A DNA stretch of 64,000 nucleotides from a virus (IMGVR_UViG_3300021256_000062:64001-128000), one strand, 5' to 3'; shown: positions 50,101 through 59,911, counted from the first letter of the stretch. Notes: generated from the letters alone by a model not told the origin. Numbers and translations are program-made.

Positions 50101-51269
50101 TTCTTTAAGAAACTAGTTTCATATTTTGATAAATCAATCTTTTGTCCCTTTTCATAATTCTTTGATTCTTCTACAACTTGTGGTAACTCGTTTTTATTAG
50201 GTGACTTTCTAATTTTCTTATTATCAACATAGTCATAATGATATTCTATTGGTTTTACATCAGCACCTTTTAATCTACTTGCAATCATTAAAGTTAAATC
50301 TTCAAAATCTTCCCAGAACTTATATGTTGCACAAACATCTGACCAATAATCATGTTCACCTTGAGTTGCAAATGGTAACATATCTTCAATATCAATGATT
50401 AATTGATTTTGTTCATCAATTGTATCTTCATTGTCTACATTATCAAAATATTCACCAACTAGTTTAGATAATCTTTTCCACTTATTTAAGAATTCTTTGT
50501 ATTTATTCTTATCTACATAATTCTTTTTTACTGATTCTAAAAATTCAGGTTTTTCAAATGGGTTATCAGTTTGTTGAACTAATAAGTCTAAACTTCTACC
50601 ATCTTCAGTAGAATATGCATCTACAACTTCAGTCATTTCATAGTAAGCATCATCATAATCATTGAATCTTTTTGCTTCACTCTTATTAGTTGTAAATGTG
50701 TAGTAAGGTTCATCATTAGTTACATCATCAGCTAGGTACATACCATTCTTAATATTGTCATATAAACCATTATCACTATCAACTATAATGTAATAGTAAT
50801 TGTATTCATCACTTTCTAACCATTCTTCAGCTTTCTTTAATTTATCTGGGTCAGATGTAATGAATTTTACTTGTTCTCCATATTCACCTACGTAACCAAG
50901 TTTACCATCACTAAACTTTACAAAATCAGGTGCATCTTTAGCAACTACATAATCTAATGCAGTTAAGTAACTATCAATACTATATTTTACATTACCATCA
51001 ATATCAGTATATTTGCACAATATTTCATCAAGGTCTATATCATTATCTATTAGAATTTGTTCTTCTTTTTCTTGCATATTTTGTTCAGGATAATCAATAC
51101 CATCATCAGATTGATATTCTTCTCCTGAGATAATTATTTCATAGTCAAGTGGTTTATCTACATCTTCACTTATCATACCACCACCCATAATGTTATTGAA
51201 AGTATTCATATTTCCTAATGGGTCACCAAACATATTTATGCCGTTATACTTTTCTTTCTTATTTTTCAT
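47187..51269 (-). CDS. giant acidic modular protein (1360 aa), putative head polyprotein
   Basis: About 15 ESLKES-type linkers; late-promoter motif upstream. Confidence 0.7.
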   Translation of the reverse strand: MKNKKEKYNGINMFGDPLGNMNTFNNIMGGGMISEDVDKPLDYEIIISGEEYQSDDGIDYPEQNMQEKEEQILIDNDIDLDEILCKYTDIDGNVKYSIDSYLTALDYVVAKDAPDFVKFSDGKLGYVGEYGEQVKFITSDPDKLKKAEEWLESDEYNYYYIIVDSDNGLYDNIKNGMYLADDVTNDEPYYTFTTNKSEAKRFNDYDDAYYEMTEVVDAYSTEDGRSLDLLVQQTDNPFEKPEFLESVKKNYVDKNKYKEFLNKWKRLSKLVGEYFDNVDNEDTIDEQNQLIIDIEDMLPFATQGEHDYWSDVCATYKFWEDFEDLTLMIASRLKGADVKPIEYHYDYVDNKKIRKSPNKNELPQVVEESKNYEKGQKIDLSKYETSFLKKLAKGGRWLSRDEKADFNYATKIEPTGTVMEQTDKGLLVSVTYYRWNKERTDKVKKMTKIWIPKAQLKESVNYNELLKDAYRILDNANIRFDVEGTTFEFVDDDDAENAWKLLAKAYGKNRTTKKGLFKVELNLDESLKESKNNIPEKASLKKVLDRYNSNGKFAKQGSWKIARGGYDLAFQLYYNDLALIDGINDGFSNNTTLELDQDTYGANDEYSVKDLANYICQVYTDCKLDESLKEDFEDYYKDSVKYAVVYRNREDDSLIDAKVYDTREKAMAVLNSEYAKRNLSPKIEIDIEEVTPESNLWENLKESSIPVKDLLAMTDNKYDITLDHAIDDIKRSKGYNDSLLGDNYSIQLLMKRYGLEKRDIIRALNYKFDGKELEESTLDDYSNKWSKKAKEQVVGSQPTKFTVDGYYDDKYRGLANSETFDDPDKAFEYVWDLLQKGNYVRVNNFHKLSPDDVQEPEDIPSEWFMESLKESNNVSIDKVKEVVDKYDNSVYLEDEGYVSCANRKEMLAIAKELNIDDNHYGGNPADGYFIDINKTDDLDESKDKSTKGNVEAIYDPKHNKITYKLGDKEFITKFWDEAGWKDGAFEPFYNFLKAAGIKEDELEDIKKGVEDGSLTTPDVVEDLFGKDTTKFVSELGDPIIEESLTESSVTLKQENVGKFNVEYRWDKGYQGGYYSVGVYEKGPNDVYKTVVKKEYATKEDAKKAFDRYLKLVKQGKYGSIDESLDIDNIRKNLNNYSLDELRDIFTDIINETEGLDEDDPRAVDLSDLYNEVDNAINKKKVNESRHTYKDCDGDIQVYNDWGVEYKETYKNAVIVYDEDRDKYTIWSTNSNRPLSRIGRNNQYEPIYFNSIEEVKKYVDKDNTNESLNENSELFNFSKPDILKIRKWWRDVDDYYNNSIDLDTLDDPEVIDDWFITMWDVLIDLKKDNSEEAKKLLRRGKSIYNKYSISQFNESVSVKKN

Positions 51270-51299
51270 ATTATTTCTCCTTAATAAATAAAATCTATT

Positions 51300-51316
51300 A
51301 ACTATATAATTTAGCT
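51300..51316 (-). promoter_or_regulatory. putative late promoter
   Basis: AGCTAAATTATATAGTT. Confidence 0.55.
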
Positions 51317-51553
51317 ATTATATTCTAATAATTTATTATTCTATTTAACTTATATTACTCTTTATTACTATTTATTAATATTATTTTATAGATAGTATAA
51401 TACTATCTAGTTGAAAAAGAGATGAAAGTCAAAAAGAAAATAAATAAAAGAAAAAGGAAAGCAGAGAAAAAGAATATTGTAATTTTACAAAATCTTTAGT
51501 ATTAAGTTTTAACTATTTAATAAAACTTGCTACTATTTGCAAATTCCTATTAT

Positions 51554-51582
51554 ATTATACAATTTTTTAATTTACTTGTCAA
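51554..51582 (-). promoter_or_regulatory. sigma70-type promoter
   Basis: TTGACA-17-TATAAT. Confidence 0.75.
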
Positions 51583-51696
51583 CTCTTTAGATATTTAAAT
51601 AAAAATATCCCCTATTTTCAATCTTTATCTAAATGTAGTATAAGTTATCACTTTTTAATAAAAAATGAAAATAAGGGCAAATTTAATATGGTTTAA

Positions 51697-51921
51697 TTAA
51701 TATTTAACTTCTTTCCACCAATAATAACCATTATCTCTAAAGAATCTAAAATGTCTTTTAGTAGAGAATGAATATATCTCAACTGTAAACTCGTTTAATG
51801 GTGGTTTAAAATCTTCTTCAATCTCTTTTATTGCATAATGATTATCATTGTACTTATAAACAAATAAATCTCCAGGATTTAATTCTACAAATAAAAAATC
51901 GGATAATTGTAAAGTATACAT
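51697..51921 (-). CDS. hypothetical protein
   Basis: AGGAGAG RBS and ATG. Confidence 0.65.
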   Translation of the reverse strand: MYTLQLSDFLFVELNPGDLFVYKYNDNHYAIKEIEEDFKPPLNEFTVEIYSFSTKRHFRFFRDNGYYWWKEVKY

Positions 51922-51956
51922 ACTACTCTCCTTAACTATCCTTTCTTTTATTTTCT

Positions 51957-52232
51957 TTACATTAATTTTATTACTTTTGCATAATCACAAACAAATTCAG
52001 TTTCATTTTGTGATATTATTTCATTTGGTTCACATAAATATATAACAGGATTACCACCAAATTTACTACAACATTTTTGTGCATAATTATATGCAGATAT
52101 TGGAGAGATGGTTAACCATACAAAATTATCTTTACCTACTCTAAAATCTTCTCTCAATATGTTTGTTTCAGTTGGTGGTAATATTTCTGCTAATTTACCA
52201 AATATATCAGATGTTCCATGATATAAGTTCAT
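51957..52232 (-). CDS. Arr-like (rifampin ADP-ribosyltransferase family) small ART
   Basis: LYHGTS...NFVWLT..SAYNYA...GGNPVIYLCEP. Confidence 0.65.
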   Translation of the reverse strand: MNLYHGTSDIFGKLAEILPPTETNILREDFRVGKDNFVWLTISPISAYNYAQKCCSKFGGNPVIYLCEPNEIISQNETEFVCDYAKVIKLM

Positions 52233-52242
52233 ATTAGATTAC

Positions 52243-52476
52243 CTAGATTGATTCATGAATTGTACGACTAATTACATCATCCTGTTGTTCTTTTGTAAGC
52301 TTGATGAAGTTTACAGCATAACCAGATACTCTAATAGTTAATTGAGGGTATTTTTCAGGATGAGCTTGTGCATCTAATAATGTTTCACGATTGAAAACAT
52401 TAACATTTAAATGATAGCCGCCATCTGATACATATGTATCTAACATTTGAACTAAATTATTAACTCTATTACTCAT
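52243..52476 (-). CDS. grcA: autonomous glycyl radical cofactor (PFL C-terminal domain)
   Basis: HLNVNV...[32 protein letters not shown]. Confidence 0.9.
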   Translation of the reverse strand: MSNRVNNLVQMLDTYVSDGGYHLNVNVFNRETLLDAQAHPEKYPQLTIRVSGYAVNFIKLTKEQQDDVISRTIHESI

Positions 52477-52552
52477 TTAAGTTCTCCTTTAAATTATCAT
52501 TGCTACTATAGATAGAACTAAAACTGATGTCAATAACATTAATTTAAAAATA

Positions 52553-53197
52553 CTATGTAAGGTCTTTATCATCATACTTACCTTCTTTCATATTACAAAA
52601 CATTTTAAAGTATGGTAAATTCTCAAGTGTTTTACAAAATTGTTGCCATTCTTCTAATCTATGGTTCTTTCTTTGATAATACATTGTCATTAGTTCTTCA
52701 TAGTTTGTATCCACAGTTCTCTTTTGTAAGAATGATTCTGGTAATAATTTTTTAGCTCTTCTTAATAATTCATTCTTATTAGGACAATCTTTCTTAATGT
52801 ACTCTTTTCTAATATTCTCTATTCTATCAACTGTAAAAGATAAAATTGTTGCATCTTCCTCATTATAAGAGAACATATCTAATGTGATGGGTTTATTACT
52901 TAATAACTTGTGCATAGTTGAACAGCTATTCTTTGTATTGAAATGATATGTATCAAATTCAGACCAAAAATATCTAGGTGCATTTAAATCAAACTGAACG
53001 TGAATCATTCTTAAGAATTTTCTATGTTCAGGTCCTGACTTAATTAATTTATTAATTAACTTTAAATCATTTGGACCAATATCAATTACACCATTATTTA
53101 AATTACTATCACTTAATTCCCAACTATCCATTGGGTTTCTCATACCACGAATAGCACCTTTAAATCCCCATACTTCTATTTCATTCATATTATTCAT
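52553..53197 (-). CDS. ThyX-fold (flavin-dependent thymidylate synthase-like) protein
   Basis: EHRKFLR..APRYFWSEFDTY..SCSTMHK..LLPES..NYEEL..QRKNHRLEEW. Confidence 0.7.
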   Translation of the reverse strand: MNNMNEIEVWGFKGAIRGMRNPMDSWELSDSNLNNGVIDIGPNDLKLINKLIKSGPEHRKFLRMIHVQFDLNAPRYFWSEFDTYHFNTKNSCSTMHKLLSNKPITLDMFSYNEEDATILSFTVDRIENIRKEYIKKDCPNKNELLRRAKKLLPESFLQKRTVDTNYEELMTMYYQRKNHRLEEWQQFCKTLENLPYFKMFCNMKEGKYDDKDLT

Positions 53198-54285
53198 TAA
53201 TTATCACCTCTTAATTTATTTACTTTATCATTACCCCAATGATTTAATAATGTACAAACACTATTTACTTTTTCAAGTTGAGTAAAACAATATCCTTCTG
53301 GAAATTGATTGTATAAACAAGTACCACTCACAACTGGTATAAATACTAACTCAGGAGTTAATAACATAGTTAGTAATACTCTCATGAATTCTCCATCTTG
53401 TTTAAATTGTAGATAATCATTATCAATAAATGGCATTACCTTGTTTCCATAATTATTCTTATTAGAATAACTGTGTTGGATTATTTTAGTTATGTACTCA
53501 GGGTCATTTGGATTATCATATGAGTTTGCATTCTCGTTAAACATACCACTCATAGTATACTTATCATCTAACTTTTCAACTCTAGTAGCATTGATTCCTA
53601 ATTTATGTATTACTTGTTCGGCAATACTGACTTCTAGATTACCTTTATCAACATCTGATTTTCCATCAGGTTTAACACTCTTTAGATAGTAGTATTCAAT
53701 ATCTTTCTCTCTACCTTTAAATAATCCTGTAAGATATCTAGTATCTAATCCACCTGTTATTGATGGAATGAATAATTTATCATTAATTAAATTTCCAATA
53801 TACTTTCTATACTTACTTATAAATAAATTTAACTTTGTATAGAATTCTTTATCATTGAATCCACATTTAAATAAATTATCAATAGGAAATCTTTCTAAAA
53901 GTGTGACATTACCTTTGTTATCAATTGTCACAGTTTCCCAATCATCAATATATGATACATTGTACTTATAATTCTTCATTACTGATGTTTTTATGTGAGC
54001 TCTAATATTTTTATCAATGTCTTCTAAATTATCGAAAGTATCAGTTAATTTGATATCATGTTCATTTGCAAAATTAACAACACTATCAACATCAAAACTA
54101 TAACAGAATAAATCATTTGACTTGACATAATATATACAAGGACAAGCTATAAAATTTGATTTAAATATAATTTCATCATTTATCTTTTTAATAGAATAAT
54201 CTCTACTAGGACAGTCTTTTGGTTTTGGACCAATAAACTCACTGAACTCATTAATATTAAAATTTGTAATTACAGGAAATTCCAT
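53197..54285 (-). CDS. asparagine-synthase-like N-type ATP pyrophosphatase protein
   Basis: PP-loop SITGGLDTR; MPFID motif. Confidence 0.6.
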   Translation of the reverse strand: MEFPVITNFNINEFSEFIGPKPKDCPSRDYSIKKINDEIIFKSNFIACPCIYYVKSNDLFCYSFDVDSVVNFANEHDIKLTDTFDNLEDIDKNIRAHIKTSVMKNYKYNVSYIDDWETVTIDNKGNVTLLERFPIDNLFKCGFNDKEFYTKLNLFISKYRKYIGNLINDKLFIPSITGGLDTRYLTGLFKGREKDIEYYYLKSVKPDGKSDVDKGNLEVSIAEQVIHKLGINATRVEKLDDKYTMSGMFNENANSYDNPNDPEYITKIIQHSYSNKNNYGNKVMPFIDNDYLQFKQDGEFMRVLLTMLLTPELVFIPVVSGTCLYNQFPEGYCFTQLEKVNSVCTLLNHWGNDKVNKLRGDN

Positions 54286-55841
54286 TAGAATAATCTCCTT
54301 TCTTCAGTAGATAATTCATAAACATATTTATAACCATCAGCTTCTCTAATTTGATTTGTTACGAAATTTACATTATAAAATAAATTTGAATGTGAATCAA
54401 TTTTCTCAATAAATGAATATCTATTATGTAAGAAATTTACTATAACACTGATTGTTGAATTATGAGTATCATTATTTAATAATTTATATGTTGAATAGAA
54501 TTCTACAATATTTTCAGTATATCCAAACATAATTGAATCATTAATATACTTATAATTTCCCATACATAATTCATCACTACCTAAATAGTTTACATTATTT
54601 AGATTGTTAGTATTTGAACCACTGAAAACATATTCAGTATCTAAAGATGTAAATTTATCAATAAATGAATCAGTTAAATCGTTTACAATTACACTAGGTT
54701 GTTTTACTATGAGTGTATATTTTTTATTTATTTTCTTAAGTGTTTCATATAATTTATCTTCAGTTGTTTTATAATATAAAACATTATTGTTTTGTAACTG
54801 TTTTAATAATAGATGTTCATCATCTTGTAAAGTTGTTACAATTGCAATATCCTTACTGATATTTATCTCTCTATCTTTTTCATAATCAAACAATTGATAT
54901 GAAACCTTATTCATCACATCTTGCATAGTTAACATATACAATTCATTTCCATCTCTATTGATGTACTTATCTTTTAATAATGAAAAATTAATTTTAGGTT
55001 GATTAACCTCACAATTAAATTCAAGTGGGATTGGTTCATAGTTATTACTGTTGATTACAGTATGGTAATACCCATCATACATTACATCATTATGATTTAA
55101 TTCAAAGCTAATATTCTTTAAATCTTCTTGTGTTACTACATATGCCTTACCATTATTAACTAAAGAGTTTAATTCTAAATTAAGTGATTTTTCTAACTCT
55201 ACTTTATCTTTTATTGTATTTGTAAACTGATATACATTTCCATCAGATAATGGTAATAATAATCCTTGTTCCTTTTTAACTCTTACCATCTCATATAAAT
55301 TATCAGTTAACAATTTATCTCTAATAGCGTGTAATTCGAAATCTGCACTTTGATATTTTGGACAACTTATAAAATATAGTAATTCAAATCCATTTCTAAT
55401 TTGTATTCTTGGTAGGTAATAATCACCTAAATGTTCATTAACTACTATGTTATTCAATCCTATACCGTTTATCATATTGGCAGTATATCCATTAATTTCA
55501 ATTGAATAAAACTTATCATGACTATTAACTTTAAAATATTCAATACTAACTATTTTATTGTGATTTGATATGACTGCATAGGTTCTTCTAAAATGACCCA
55601 TTTTCTCCATTACATCAATTAATTCAACATTTACACCATCAATCACTGCAATATAATTATCAGGATAATCAAAAATAGGTTTATCTAGTGGTGTGTGATT
55701 CTCATCATATACTAAATAATATAAGTCTAGTTTATCTTCAAATTTTTCTTTAGTTTTCTTATTATATACATACTCAATACCTAATCCCTTAAAATCAATT
55801 GATAGGTATTTTTCTCTTTGTGCTCCACTTGTTAATACCAT
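54285..55841 (-). CDS. protein with probable C-terminal glycosyltransferase-like domain
   Basis: YVFSG...YKYINDSIMFGY...KIDSHSNLF resembles a degenerate PLOD-type GT domain. Confidence 0.45.
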   Translation of the reverse strand: MVLTSGAQREKYLSIDFKGLGIEYVYNKKTKEKFEDKLDLYYLVYDENHTPLDKPIFDYPDNYIAVIDGVNVELIDVMEKMGHFRRTYAVISNHNKIVSIEYFKVNSHDKFYSIEINGYTANMINGIGLNNIVVNEHLGDYYLPRIQIRNGFELLYFISCPKYQSADFELHAIRDKLLTDNLYEMVRVKKEQGLLLPLSDGNVYQFTNTIKDKVELEKSLNLELNSLVNNGKAYVVTQEDLKNISFELNHNDVMYDGYYHTVINSNNYEPIPLEFNCEVNQPKINFSLLKDKYINRDGNELYMLTMQDVMNKVSYQLFDYEKDREINISKDIAIVTTLQDDEHLLLKQLQNNNVLYYKTTEDKLYETLKKINKKYTLIVKQPSVIVNDLTDSFIDKFTSLDTEYVFSGSNTNNLNNVNYLGSDELCMGNYKYINDSIMFGYTENIVEFYSTYKLLNNDTHNSTISVIVNFLHNRYSFIEKIDSHSNLFYNVNFVTNQIREADGYKYVYELSTEERRLF

Positions 55842-55878
55842 ATTATCATTCCTTTCATTATCTATATATTATACAATA

Positions 55879-56127
55879 TTATCTCCATACATTCTCTAAA
55901 ATCAATTCACATTTACGAGATATAGCATAACCAGTTTCTAAAAATCTAGGACCATATCTTTTCTTTAAATCAAACTCAAGATGTAACTCAACTTTAGCAA
56001 TTGCATTACTTTCACTAATTGACCACACATTCATTTCACAAGTATAATCAGGATTACTTTCACCAGGATGATATCCACCTACTTGACCAATTGTTACACT
56101 TACCTTATACACATTACCTTGTTTCAT
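55879..56127 (-). CDS. hypothetical protein
   Basis: AGGAGG RBS. Confidence 0.65.
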   Translation of the reverse strand: MKQGNVYKVSVTIGQVGGYHPGESNPDYTCEMNVWSISESNAIAKVELHLEFDLKKRYGPRFLETGYAISRKCELILENVWR

Positions 56128-56128
56128 A

Positions 56129-56500
56129 TTAAAATTCCTCCTTTAGTAATCCTTTAAGATATTCAATTCTTTCTTGACATTGACTTATACGACATTTCAT
56201 ATAATTACTTATTTCAGTACTGATGATATCCTTTTTTAATTCAGACTCATAATATTCAATACCATTATTTAAATCAGTTATCTCTTTATCTACCTTATTT
56301 TTAATTGCTTCCTTCATTCTATCTCGGTAGAAAAGATAATCTACACTACCAAGTAATTTAATTGCACTGATACAATTTGTTATTGCATACATATTTTCAA
56401 AATCAATATTACCTGATTCAAAATCAGCTACTGCACCATCTAAATAATTTTCTAAAACTAATACTGCACCATTATACTTATCCATAAAGTACACCTCCAT
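56129..56500 (-). CDS. hypothetical protein
   Basis: Downstream of a consensus promoter; likely start MDKYN. Confidence 0.65.
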   Translation of the reverse strand: MEVYFMDKYNGAVLVLENYLDGAVADFESGNIDFENMYAITNCISAIKLLGSVDYLFYRDRMKEAIKNKVDKEITDLNNGIEYYESELKKDIISTEISNYMKCRISQCQERIEYLKGLLKEEF

Positions 56501-56509
56501 TCTAATGAT

Positions 56510-56538
56510 ATTATATCATTATAACTATTAAATGTCAA
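56510..56538 (-). promoter_or_regulatory. sigma70-type promoter
   Basis: TTGACA-17-TATAAT with TG extension. Confidence 0.8.
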
Positions 56539-56556
56539 TAAAAAAGACAAGAAGTG

Positions 56557-57192
56557 TTAATTCTTGTCTATATCTTTAAATTTTTCTTTCATTAGGTTAG
56601 TTAGTTTGATTTTATTTTCAGGTGTATTAGCATCTTTATAATCAATGTTTAATTCATCTAAATAATCTATAAAATAAGGACTTCTTCTATTTGAAGGATT
56701 ATTTTGAATTAGTGTATCGTAATCAATATGTTGCACTAAGCAAGGGCGATACCTAACACTTGGTATATTTAAGTTATACATAGCCAAATTTTCTAATGTA
56801 TCATATTGATTATATGGCTTACGTATTTTTTCCATTTCTTCTGCTAGTCTCTTACTTATACCTTTTGGATAATAAGTACATTGATTATATACGAAATGTC
56901 CAATAGTTGAAAATGAAGTGAACCACTCATGTGGTAATGTAAAGAAGTTTATTATTTGATTAGGCCATTCGGATATGGCCTTTTCAATATTTACTAAAAA
57001 ATCCTTACATAATATGACATCATCTTCTAATAATATGCTATCATACTTATCTATTTCTTTTAATTGTTTTATAAAAGAATCTACTGGTTTATGCTCTTTA
57101 TCCACTAGCAATGTATAATTGCCTTTTAGTTCTATATCAATAGATTCGTGAAGTTTGCGTTCACCAGTAGTTCTTATGAAAATCTTAATCAT
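56557..57192 (-). CDS. GT-A fold glycosyltransferase (GT2/GT25-like)
   Basis: ILLEDDVILC and PCLVQHID motifs. Confidence 0.7.
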   Translation of the reverse strand: MIKIFIRTTGERKLHESIDIELKGNYTLLVDKEHKPVDSFIKQLKEIDKYDSILLEDDVILCKDFLVNIEKAISEWPNQIINFFTLPHEWFTSFSTIGHFVYNQCTYYPKGISKRLAEEMEKIRKPYNQYDTLENLAMYNLNIPSVRYRPCLVQHIDYDTLIQNNPSNRRSPYFIDYLDELNIDYKDANTPENKIKLTNLMKEKFKDIDKN

Positions 57193-58303
57193 TTGAAGGA
57201 ATAACTTTTAAGAATGATTGCATATCTTCTAATGAGCAGTCATACCAAGTAGTATCGTTACTTGAAGAACCAGTTTTTATACCAATTCTTGGTGCTAAAA
57301 CAGTATTTCTATAATTAGATAAGTTTGCGCCTTCTGTTATGCAAACGTCTCCTAATGCTTCTACTAACTTCTTAATAGTAAATGGCTCTTCTATGGTATA
57401 GGCATCACTGCTATATGCAATTGGCTCATAATCACCAGCCATTAAACTAAAGAATGTTTCACTATTTCCGCTTCCTTCGGTTGCGTAAATTGTAGCATAA
57501 AATGCATCGGCATTATGTCCTTCAGAAGAAGCATAACTTAAAGCACCAGAACCAATATATATTCCACCACTTGTTGAATAATCAAGCATAGTTTCCATTT
57601 CTGCGTCAATGTCTATATTTAATTTTACAAGAACATCTAAAAACTTTTGTGGATAGAATTCAAGTTTAAATGTTTCTTCATTAGGGAATTCAAAATATTT
57701 ATTTTTTCCACCTAACTCTTCCCAAGTGGAAGTAGTAATTGTCTCAGTATGTGAGCCACCTTCAAATAAGAATGCTATGTCTAATAATTCCAAATTTTCA
57801 TTTGTTAGATTATCTACAAAATATTGAGTAATTGTAGCTGAAGGGATTTCAGTAAATCCTTCTAATGTAGGTTCAATTAAATCTTCTGGTAAACTATTAG
57901 ATGTACAGTGATATTCTATACTATCATTGTCTCCTTCGTCATAGTTTATATAATATTCTGTAGGTCGGTCATCTTCATATGTGATTTTTTCAAGGTTAAG
58001 TAGGCTATAGCCTTCCTCATCAAAATAAAGTCCAACTATTGCCTGACCACTAGATAAAAGACTAGTAATATCTCCTGCAGTAACCTTATCTTTCAACTTA
58101 AAACTTTTACCTACTTTTAAATCACTAATCACTTTTTCTTCAGTAGTATTAGTACAAGTATAATATTTTCCATCTGGTGTTTTGTATAATACACCTTCTT
58201 TACCAACTTCTGGAAGTGTGTCAACTTTGATTAGGTCTCCACCACCTACTATCTTTCTTATTTCTGCTACTGCTTTACTATCTAAAATAATCTCATTATT
58301 CAT
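57185..58303 (-). CDS. putative head decoration/fibre protein
   Basis: Directly follows the major capsid gene; VDTLPEVGKEGVLYK virion-fibre-like motif. Confidence 0.5.
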   Translation of the reverse strand: MNNEIILDSKAVAEIRKIVGGGDLIKVDTLPEVGKEGVLYKTPDGKYYTCTNTTEEKVISDLKVGKSFKLKDKVTAGDITSLLSSGQAIVGLYFDEEGYSLLNLEKITYEDDRPTEYYINYDEGDNDSIEYHCTSNSLPEDLIEPTLEGFTEIPSATITQYFVDNLTNENLELLDIAFLFEGGSHTETITTSTWEELGGKNKYFEFPNEETFKLEFYPQKFLDVLVKLNIDIDAEMETMLDYSTSGGIYIGSGALSYASSEGHNADAFYATIYATEGSGNSETFFSLMAGDYEPIAYSSDAYTIEEPFTIKKLVEALGDVCITEGANLSNYRNTVLAPRIGIKTGSSSNDTTWYDCSLEDMQSFLKVIPSND

Positions 58304-58320
58304 CTTTCTTTCTCCTTATT

Positions 58321-58353
58321 AAAATATAAGGGAGTAACTTTTATATTACTCCC
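58321..58353 (-). terminator. intrinsic terminator after the major capsid gene
   Basis: GGGAGTAA/TTACTCCC stem plus T-rich tail. Confidence 0.75.
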
Positions 58354-58377
58354 TATAAATTAAAACTAGTTAATTAA

Positions 58378-59898
58378 TTATTCTTGTGCAGAAATATTAA
58401 TAACTTGTGGTTCTTCAACAATCTTACCAGCGATTAATAAGTCCTTATTTAATAATTGTAATGCATAAACAGAACTATAACCTTTAGTATTTGTTCCATC
58501 TGGAGTTTCTAGAGATGCAGTTGGAGTGATTGCTAAGAATGGAGCCCATACAGCAGCACTTGTTCCTAGGTCATTTCCATTAACACCTAAAACATATCTA
58601 TCAGCTGGCATATTTGGAGTGATATATACTTTCATTCCATTATATGTACCAAAGTAGTAAGGACCATTTACAGATGCTAAGTTTGCAGCTTGTTTGAATC
58701 CTTCGCATAGAGGTAAAATTGACATAAATTCAGTACCTGCTAACATATAGTTAGGAGTGAATTTTTGAGTTGCTTCGTATACTTTTTGTTGACCTTGTAA
58801 TACTTTTCTAGCAAATCCAGCAAAGTGTTGAGCTAAGCTGATTCCTGTAGGAACAGCAATATTGAATGTTAGAGAGTCATCAAGTCTTGCATTTTTAACT
58901 AATAGATTAGTTACTTCTACGTCTGTTTCATATTTTAAAGTATGAATTGCAACTTGTTCTAATCTTGCACCTAAATTTTCACCATATTCTTTCTTATATT
59001 GATAAGCAGCCATTTGTGAATATTCGATAGCAATCTTTCTTGCTTCGCAAGTTACATAAATACCTTTTTGTTGAACAGTGATGTAAGGAATTTCATGTTG
59101 ATTAATTGCAATGTTATTGTATAAGTAGTTAACTTTAACAGGTGCAGTTACACCAACTAATGCAGTATCAAATACGATTGCAGCAGGTTCTTCATCATAG
59201 ATGTCTCCTGTTACTGATTTTGCTTTCTTATAACCATAAGTAATTGTACCTACTTTTGTAGCTGTACCAGCATCAACGATAAATCTACCAGCTACTCCTT
59301 CAATGTGTCCATTTGCATCTTTTTGTTCAGCTGTGAATACTTTAGATGCGAATGTACCTTGATAGATTTTACCATCTCCACCATCGAAGAATGTGTTATC
59401 TCCAATTGTGAATTCTACAGTACCAGGAATAATTGGGTCCCATTTTAATGCTAAAGTTTTATTATCTTCACCTAATGTAGCATTTTCAATAACTGTTTGG
59501 CTAGTGTAATTAGGGTCAACTTTACCATTTCTGAATGGGTTAACAATCATATCACCTACTGAAGATTCACCTTTGTTAGATGCTTTTGAGTATTCATAGT
59601 AAGTAATATAACCATTGAAATTGTCGATAGGTTTAGTTAATACTAAATCTGGAGCGATAAAGTTAGGTAATGCTAAAGTGGCAACGTCCATAACGAATTT
59701 CTTCATCATACCAATGTCACTTCTTTGAGTTGAAACTGATTGGTCACCATAAGTTTCAGTTAAATATTTGTTTTGGTTTTCAAGGATTTGTGCAGTAATG
59801 ATTTTTCTATCCATAGGGATAACAGCACCATTATTATACTTTGCATATAATCCTTCAGAGATTGCTAATCTCTTTTTATACTTTTCTAATAAAGTCAT
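58378..59898 (-). CDS. major capsid protein (T4 gp23-like, with insertion domain)
   Basis: AQILENQ, LPNFIAPDLVLTKPI, CEARKI..YS..AA, YFGTYNGMKVY, AVWAPF. Confidence 0.9.
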   Translation of the reverse strand: MTLLEKYKKRLAISEGLYAKYNNGAVIPMDRKIITAQILENQNKYLTETYGDQSVSTQRSDIGMMKKFVMDVATLALPNFIAPDLVLTKPIDNFNGYITYYEYSKASNKGESSVGDMIVNPFRNGKVDPNYTSQTVIENATLGEDNKTLALKWDPIIPGTVEFTIGDNTFFDGGDGKIYQGTFASKVFTAEQKDANGHIEGVAGRFIVDAGTATKVGTITYGYKKAKSVTGDIYDEEPAAIVFDTALVGVTAPVKVNYLYNNIAINQHEIPYITVQQKGIYVTCEARKIAIEYSQMAAYQYKKEYGENLGARLEQVAIHTLKYETDVEVTNLLVKNARLDDSLTFNIAVPTGISLAQHFAGFARKVLQGQQKVYEATQKFTPNYMLAGTEFMSILPLCEGFKQAANLASVNGPYYFGTYNGMKVYITPNMPADRYVLGVNGNDLGTSAAVWAPFLAITPTASLETPDGTNTKGYSSVYALQLLNKDLLIAGKIVEEPQVINISAQE

Positions 59899-59911
59899 AA
59901 TATTTCTTCTC

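Noticed and set aside
52553-53197. Assigning the gene symbol thyX
   Set aside because: The canonical RHRx7S motif is absent; the similarity is only at fold level.
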